Shown here piece after piece: positions 62,792-64,000 of a stretch of 64,000 bases of DNA. The notes beneath the pieces are model-generated. The model did no database searches. It was not told where the DNA came from and was given only the letters and a program-made list of their open reading frames with translations. The DNA is from an uncultured Pseudanabaenaceae cyanobacterium. Lineage in GTDB: Bacteria > Cyanobacteriota > Cyanobacteriia > PCC-9006 > JAAUQQ01. The first letter of the stretch is position 1, and every line of letters begins with the position of its first letter. Location: positions 8,820-72,819 of the forward strand of contig CALLAT010000066.1 of assembly GCA_938002085.1 (NCBI GenBank). Reading direction: 5' to 3'. Position numbers and translations under genes: made by a program.

Positions 62792-64000
62792 CTAAGCTGA
62801 AACTGCTACAGGAGATGCCTGTGGGAGCAGGCTATGTCCTTCAAGGTGAGCTGCTTGAGGGGCGCCCATTAGTGATAAGAGAGTTGGCGCCAGGTCTAAT
62901 GCGTGACCTTCAGGAAGAGCTGAGCCTGGCTCAACCTGGGAATCTTTGACCAAGAGAAATCCTCGAGAAGAATGACTGCCTGAGCGTTGGAAAGGCACAG
63001 GTCCCATGCGGCCATGACTATCACTCTCGACACAATCAGACAATTCGGATTCGTTCCACATCACGATGAGGTCTGCATCTGGTAGACCTAGAGAGTTTAA
63101 TGTCTCCATTGTTCGGGTACGAATCACTTCACGAACAATAGAATTTCCTGTTTTGGGATTCCGCAGTGCTTTGACTTCGCGGATTACCTCATCACAAACA
63201 GAGTTATAGTCCTCAACTTCTACTAAGCCGTTGCTCTCACGACCTTTGAGGTTGATTCGTATATATCCCTCAGAGAAACTGGGTAAAGCAAAAGCCTTCA
63301 TCTTGTGCCAGGACGGCTCATACCAACTGGCAGGCTGCCAATCGAAAGCTCCTCCTTCATTTTGAAGCTGATAGGGAGAAACAAAGTCACCTTGCCTATG
63401 AAGGCCTACCCGCTCTAGTAAATCAGCGTAAATACGATGAACCTTTGTTGGTGTCACTGTGCGGATGAATCGAGTGAAAGGATTGGAGTCAACTTTTTGA
63501 GACCATAAATCACGATAGGCTCGCCGGCTAAGACGCCGAGAAGAGAGACTTTTGGGTGGTTTCCCCATGGATGGATTGGAAAAACCAACTTTGCCAGGCA
63601 GGCTCCAACGGTACATTAGCTCTGCGAGAAAGAAGGTACTGGTTAAGTCCAGATTGTTGGCCTGCATACCATGGGCAGAGAAAACGACGATAGAAGCATC
63701 ATCTGGCGCTTTTTCGATAATATCGCCGATCGCTTTATCCACTGCTTGATAGACATCAAGTAAATGAGTGGTCTCGGGCGAGCCTTGTTGACGATGCGCA
63801 GGATGGGCTGGGTCATTCAAATGCCATAAACAATGGCCTCCAGAATGAGTCTCACCAAACATTGTCAGTAAAAAGTCCCAATTCTCTCCCTGGAGCAAAT
63901 CCTGGACAATAGCAGAACGACTTCCTATGCCTTGCAGCAACTGGTCTCTGAGATTGTCAATTCCGCGTTCGTTATAAATATTTGAATGGTCATGACCAAA
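62792..64000 (-). CDS. Second alkaline phosphatase superfamily protein; 5' part outside the window
   Basis: Frame open to base 64000; ETHSGGH, FSAHG, AFALPSFSEGYIRINLKGRE, GSH..RG, DLAPTLLSLMG; clearly homologous to 55455-57155. Confidence 0.88.
   Translation of the reverse strand, partial: FGHDHSNIYNERGIDNLRDQLLQGIGSRSAIVQDLLQGENWDFLLTMFGETHSGGHCLWHLNDPAHPAHRQQGSPETTHLLDVYQAVDKAIGDIIEKAPDDASIVVFSAHGMQANNLDLTSTFFLAELMYRWSLPGKVGFSNPSMGKPPKSLSSRRLSRRAYRDLWSQKVDSNPFTRFIRTVTPTKVHRIYADLLERVGLHRQGDFVSPYQLQNEGGAFDWQPASWYEPSWHKMKAFALPSFSEGYIRINLKGRESNGLVEVEDYNSVCDEVIREVKALRNPKTGNSIVREVIRTRTMETLNSLGLPDADLIVMWNESELSDCVESDSHGRMGPVPFQRSGSHSSRGFLLVKDSQVEPGSALPEGHALDLAPTLLSLMGAPQAAHLEGHSLLPQASPVAVSA

Noticed and set aside
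23-63749. Many overlapping antisense or alternative-frame ORFs in the ORF track (e.g. 3146-3709, 18562-19212, 54003-54641)
   Set aside because: They shadow well-supported genes and carry no recognisable motifs

Overview
Chromosomal window from a cyanobacterium: plastocyanin petE, beta-carotene hydroxylase crtR, PAP/fibrillin and CtpB are present, with roughly 50 copies (counted by eye) of the HIP1 octamer GCGATCGC. Positions 1-47 kb are mostly housekeeping or conserved cyanobacterial genes (cimA, dxs, folB-proA, ctpB, radC, LCP, manC, aqpZ, codA, purB, petE, type II NADH dehydrogenase, sppA-aroH, crtR, tRNA-Leu(UAG), mraY). From about 47.6 kb to the end is a Wzx/Wzy-type surface polysaccharide cluster. 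It has a kinase-less Wzc-like protein, PssD/PssE, several GT2/GT4 enzymes, Wzy, Wzx and two alkaline-phosphatase-superfamily paralogues that share non-canonical metal-ligand motifs. No transposase, integrase, prophage or CRISPR array was seen. Best leads: (1) the atypical AlkP pair in the polysaccharide cluster; (2) an unannotated ~90-nt minus-strand sRNA candidate at 20.3-20.4 kb; (3) a MocR-controlled divergent module (small protein, methyltransferase, PhzF) with visible operator repeats; (4) a set of very long perfect palindromic terminators, one centred exactly on HIP1. All family calls come from motif recognition by eye, not database searches.
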